Below are positions 37,590-40,599 of a stretch of DNA of 40,599 bases, one piece after another. The stretch covers positions 1 to 40,599 of the IMG/VR virus record IMGVR_UViG_3300049070_000075; one strand, 5' to 3'. Source of the DNA: a virus (lineage: Duplodnaviria; Caudoviricetes). The notes below the pieces were generated by a model. That model was not told the DNA's origin, did no database searches, and was given only the letters and a program-made list of their open reading frames with translations. Made by a program: the position numbers and the translations under genes. The first letter of the stretch is position 1, and every line of letters starts with the position of its first letter.

Positions 37590-37978
37590 TCTTCCACCTT
37601 ATATTCATTTACTTCAAAACACCAGGGGCATACCCATTGAATTTTATCTGTTGGAGCATCGCCTATTGAAAACCATTTAGAACAGTCAGGGCAGTTAAAA
37701 TGAGCTAATTTCTCAATTGATATTTTACCCATTTTACTTTTGGGATATTTCCCCCTAAGAGCCTTTATCTTTTGTTCTCTATCGAATAAATTAACCATAT
37801 CAATCCTCATAGGTTTACCGGGATAGTCGAAATCAATTATATTTTCTTTATAAATATCTGTCACAATCATGGAATGTTTATAACATCTTCCACTTTGACA
37901 ATCTCTACACCATATAGCAGGGTTAGTTATTTCATACATTTTTCTAACTTTTTTAACGTTAAAAATTACTATACGCAA
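37586..37978 (-). CDS. Cys-rich zinc-binding hypothetical protein (probable start MYEIT at 37939)
   Basis: CRDC....C..H and CPDC...CPWC. Confidence 0.65.
   Translation of the reverse strand: MRIVIFNVKKVRKMYEITNPAIWCRDCQSGRCYKHSMIVTDIYKENIIDFDYPGKPMRIDMVNLFDREQKIKALRGKYPKSKMGKISIEKLAHFNCPDCSKWFSIGDAPTDKIQWVCPWCFEVNEYKVEE
37942..37963 (-). repeat. dispersed 22-bp motif, copy 7 (exact)
   Basis: Exact consensus on the minus strand; overlaps the stop codon of the yhhQ-like gene. Confidence 0.95.
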
Positions 37979-38537
37979 TAGTTATTTGATCTTTTCGATG
38001 TCTGAATAACCAAATAATAGGTAATACTAATAAAGTCATTTCTAATTTACCAATAATTTGACCTGTTAAAAATTCCATTGGTATCCCTGCCAAATAAAGA
38101 AAAACAATAGAATCGACTACCAATCCAACAAGATTAGAGGCTAGAACGGCTAGGGTTAAGTTTCTTTCTTGCAAGGGAGTATATACAAACAGGTCTAAGA
38201 GTTCGCTTAGTAAAAATGCTGTTCCTGATGCTATACCTAAATAAGGATCTATAAAAGCTGAAATCAATGCCCCTATTCCAATTCCTATCAAAGTCCAATT
38301 TACTCCGAGATACCTTTGTACTAAATCTCTAAGAGTAAATCCTAACCCTATAGCCAATACCCCACTGGGCGCATAAATACTAGGCCATACTGGAATAACA
38401 CAAACAGGGTCACAAAATAAACCTACATTTTTAATGAGCCAATTTGCCAGAAAGATTGTACCTATAAATCCGATCAAATAAATATATTTCATAATTCCCC
38501 CTAGAATAACTCTGATTTCAATTGCTGATTTAACCAT
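37959..38537 (-). CDS. yhhQ: VUT/YhhQ-family queuosine-precursor (preQ0/preQ1) transporter (probable start MKYIY)
   Basis: Multi-pass membrane protein with ANW, P.GV...G..FTLRD.VQ, IAS..AFL.SEL.D..VY, SN.VG..VDS.VF and GQ..GK motifs. Confidence 0.8.
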   Translation of the reverse strand: MVKSAIEIRVILGGIMKYIYLIGFIGTIFLANWLIKNVGLFCDPVCVIPVWPSIYAPSGVLAIGLGFTLRDLVQRYLGVNWTLIGIGIGALISAFIDPYLGIASGTAFLLSELLDLFVYTPLQERNLTLAVLASNLVGLVVDSIVFLYLAGIPMEFLTGQIIGKLEMTLLVLPIIWLFRHRKDQITIAYSNF

Positions 38538-38905
38538 TTTAATTGTTGTAACAATCCCCCTTTACCTTTAAGAGGAGTTTCTATTTCCTTCCATATTTTA
38601 CTACAAATTTTCACATATTCGCTTCCCCCTAACACTATAACTTTCTCATTCAAAAGATTTAATTCTTCTGCTTGTTGGCGAATAAAATCAATCTTTACAG
38701 AATTTTTATCGTCCATTTTAACATTATATGGTTCAATAATTTCACTTAGGTCTAACAATCCATATTTAGCTGAGAGAATATAAACCCTAGCGGTTAAAGT
38801 TAAAGCGTAATTCAGACACAATTTGTGATATGAGCCTTGATACATATATCGGGCTTTAACCGGATAAGGTGATTTCTTTTCCCCACATGCTACAATCGCA
38901 ATCAA
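38501..38905 (-). CDS. DUF6884-like protein
   Basis: IVACG.KK...A..MY.G.Y, YILSAKYGLL, IEPY.V.M, LGG..Y and PL.G..G...QL.WL motifs. Confidence 0.7.
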   Translation of the reverse strand: MIAIVACGEKKSPYPVKARYMYQGSYHKLCLNYALTLTARVYILSAKYGLLDLSEIIEPYNVKMDDKNSVKIDFIRQQAEELNLLNEKVIVLGGSEYVKICSKIWKEIETPLKGKGGLLQQLKWLNQQLKSELF

Positions 38906-39732
38906 AACATACTCTCCATTTTAGCTAGTGGCTGATAAGTGTAAATCTTATAAAGTTCGAGTAAGTTCTTAGCGTTATAACGAGCTACTATTTTTTCATA
39001 GCTTTTAGTAGGGCCTTCTCCCTCAATCCAACCTTCTCCTATTTCATCTTTCAGATAAGGCCAATAAGTCTTGAAATCAGTTTTATTATTCAAATGTACC
39101 CAAGTAATTTTATCTTCTTGTCGATAAATAGCCCTGCCAAATTTAGAAGCTGTATAAATCCAAGCTGTGCTATCCATTGAATAAAAATCATAATTCAATC
39201 CAGTTTGTGGACTAGTCGCTCCAAAACAATGAAGTCTACAATTCGGATTTATTTCATCTTTTAATCTAAAACAAACTTCTAAAGCTTTATCGCTTCTTGT
39301 TGCTTTAGAAGCTAATCCACCTATACCTATATAGTTTTCTTCTCTCAACATTTCCTCTAACACTTCCCAAGGTTCACCTACATGAAAACTAGTTATAGAG
39401 TTAATTCCTGCTTGCCTCATCTTAAGATGATTTTCTCTAGTGGCTTCATGATCTCCAATAACATCTAGTGAGGCGATCAATTCAAAACAATCAGGGTACT
39501 TTAAGAGAAATTCAATATACTCATCAACATTTATTTCTGCAGCTATAGTCATAGCTGAATATGCGCCGCTATCCATAAAGATTGGTATATTTCTTTCTTT
39601 GCAAAATTTAATCAAATCGTCAGGAGTTTTCTTATTCTTTTTATACCACCAATAAGAGACAAGAATTGATACATTATCTAGCCCATCAAGATAATGATAT
39701 TTCTGTTCGCATCCTGCTAGGTACAATTTCAT
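38902..39732 (-). CDS. dpdA: tRNA-guanine transglycosylase-fold protein, DpdA-like DNA base-exchange enzyme
   Basis: FMDSGAYS, LDVIGD, FH.GE, IGIGG, LHCFG and SMDSTAW motifs of the TGT barrel; adjacent to a YhhQ-like transporter. Confidence 0.7.
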   Translation of the reverse strand: MKLYLAGCEQKYHYLDGLDNVSILVSYWWYKKNKKTPDDLIKFCKERNIPIFMDSGAYSAMTIAAEINVDEYIEFLLKYPDCFELIASLDVIGDHEATRENHLKMRQAGINSITSFHVGEPWEVLEEMLREENYIGIGGLASKATRSDKALEVCFRLKDEINPNCRLHCFGATSPQTGLNYDFYSMDSTAWIYTASKFGRAIYRQEDKITWVHLNNKTDFKTYWPYLKDEIGEGWIEGEGPTKSYEKIVARYNAKNLLELYKIYTYQPLAKMESMF

Positions 39733-40001
39733 TCTTTCTTTAACTCTTCCTCTAATTTATTTTTCAACTCTTCTGTATAAGTTTCAATACTACTAGGATT
39801 TTTATTTGGTATTTGCCACACTAAATAAGCAGTAGGAGCGATAACACAAACAATATAAATTATTACCAACGCACTTTGCGGTAATTGTAAACTTTCTCTT
39901 AGCGTTGGTACTACTGTCTCAGCAATTCCTATTCCAATTCCTACACCTGGAATAGTAGAAAACATTTTAGCCATGTTCTTAAAATGATCTAGTCGGTTCA
40001 T
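39729..40001 (-). CDS. small membrane protein
   Basis: One or two hydrophobic segments and a charged C-terminus. Confidence 0.6.
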   Translation of the reverse strand: MNRLDHFKNMAKMFSTIPGVGIGIGIAETVVPTLRESLQLPQSALVIIYIVCVIAPTAYLVWQIPNKNPSSIETYTEELKNKLEEELKKE

Positions 40002-40021
40002 GTTCTAGTCCTTAAACAGAA

Positions 40022-40075
40022 AATAAAGTATCAATATTGATACTTTATTATAACACACTTCTTTATATAAAACAA
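40022..40075 (-). promoter_or_regulatory. sigma70-type promoter with an overlapping 28-bp perfect palindrome
   Basis: TTGTTT (40075-40070), 17 bp, TG-n-TATAAT (40052-40047); palindrome AATAAAGTATCAATATTGATACTTTATT at 40022-40049. Confidence 0.65.
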
Positions 40076-40079
40076 TCAC

Positions 40080-40331
40080 TTATTCTGTTCTAAAATGAAT
40101 TTCTTCAAGTCTCTTTTCATCTATAGGATAACATGCCCCATCATTACCTAAACCCTCTTCAAACAATTGACCATCCGGCAACTTATAAACTGACCTATAA
40201 CTTATTCCAGTTTTTCCAAGTCTTTGCCAACCTTCAACTTGCATAATCAAATGCGCACTTATAGGGGTTCGAGGATGCCATCTATTTTCTTTCCAATCCT
40301 CATATGACTTGAATTTTAACCATTCGTTCAT
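40080..40331 (-). CDS. hypothetical protein
   Basis: 83 aa with SD GGAGAG. Confidence 0.65.
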   Translation of the reverse strand: MNEWLKFKSYEDWKENRWHPRTPISAHLIMQVEGWQRLGKTGISYRSVYKLPDGQLFEEGLGNDGACYPIDEKRLEEIHFRTE

Positions 40332-40349
40332 TTCATTCTCTCCATTATT

Positions 40350-40371
40350 TTTATCGTTAAAAAAGTTAGAA
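40350..40371 (+). repeat. dispersed 22-bp motif, copy 8 (TTTATCGTTAAAAAAGTTAGAA)
   Basis: Intergenic; identical to copy 1. Confidence 0.9.
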
Positions 40372-40374
40372 AAA

Positions 40375-40575
40375 TTAAATACTTCCCCTATTAGCGCATC
40401 GGACTAAATCATAGATTCTATTCCAAGCAGTTACATTTGCTGCTCTACTCATTAAAACTTCTCTACCTGGATTAGGTAAAATAGCATTAGACATAGTCCG
40501 AACAGCTATAATATTTCCTTCCTTATCTTCAATTACAAAGGTTTGATTTTCTACATCAATTCTAGCATACCACAT
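40375..40575 (-). CDS. hypothetical protein
   Basis: 66-aa ORF. Confidence 0.6.
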   Translation of the reverse strand: MWYARIDVENQTFVIEDKEGNIIAVRTMSNAILPNPGREVLMSRAANVTAWNRIYDLVRCANRGSI

Positions 40576-40599
40576 TTTACATCTACAATTATTTTTAAC

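Noticed and set aside
39729-40001. Holin call for the small membrane protein
   Set aside because: No endolysin nearby; hydrophobicity alone is insufficient.
318-40371. The 22-bp repeats as a CRISPR array or IS ends
   Set aside because: Copies are kilobases apart in mixed orientation, with no spacer periodicity, cas genes or transposase in the window.
1-40599. Stop-codon reassignment, tRNA genes, or a host assignment
   Set aside because: Long genes read through under the standard code with all three stop codons used, no cloverleaf was recognised, and nothing in the window identifies the host.

Overview
This is an AT-rich segment of a tailed dsDNA phage or prophage (HK97-fold head, long non-contractile tail), encoded almost entirely on the minus strand. 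Read right to left it carries a probable 7-deazaguanine DNA-modification cassette (TGT/DpdA-like, DUF6884-like, YhhQ/VUT transporter), terS, terL, portal, minor head protein, an unusual 2H-phosphoesterase/Cys4/prohead-protease fusion and the major capsid protein. These are followed by decoration and neck genes, tail completion and terminator proteins, a tail tube-like protein fused to an Asp-box beta-propeller, tail assembly chaperones, the tape measure protein, Dit- and hub-like proteins, a beta-helix spike and a LamG-like protein. The head genes are separated by blocks of small unknown ORFs. The most unusual signals are: (i) a 22-bp motif, TTTAACGTTAAAAAAGTTAGAA, present 8 times at 2.4-8 kb intervals in both orientations, including inside genes; (ii) the 2H-domain protease fusion, a possible virion-borne anti-defence enzyme; (iii) a structured ~240-nt promoter-to-terminator transcript upstream of the head genes; (iv) a +1/-2 chaperone frameshift with a switch-like RNA element upstream; (v) a synonymously diverged second copy of the portal C-terminus. 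I recognised no integrase, lysis enzyme, tRNA or CRISPR array. All family assignments come from motif recognition by eye; no database searches were run.
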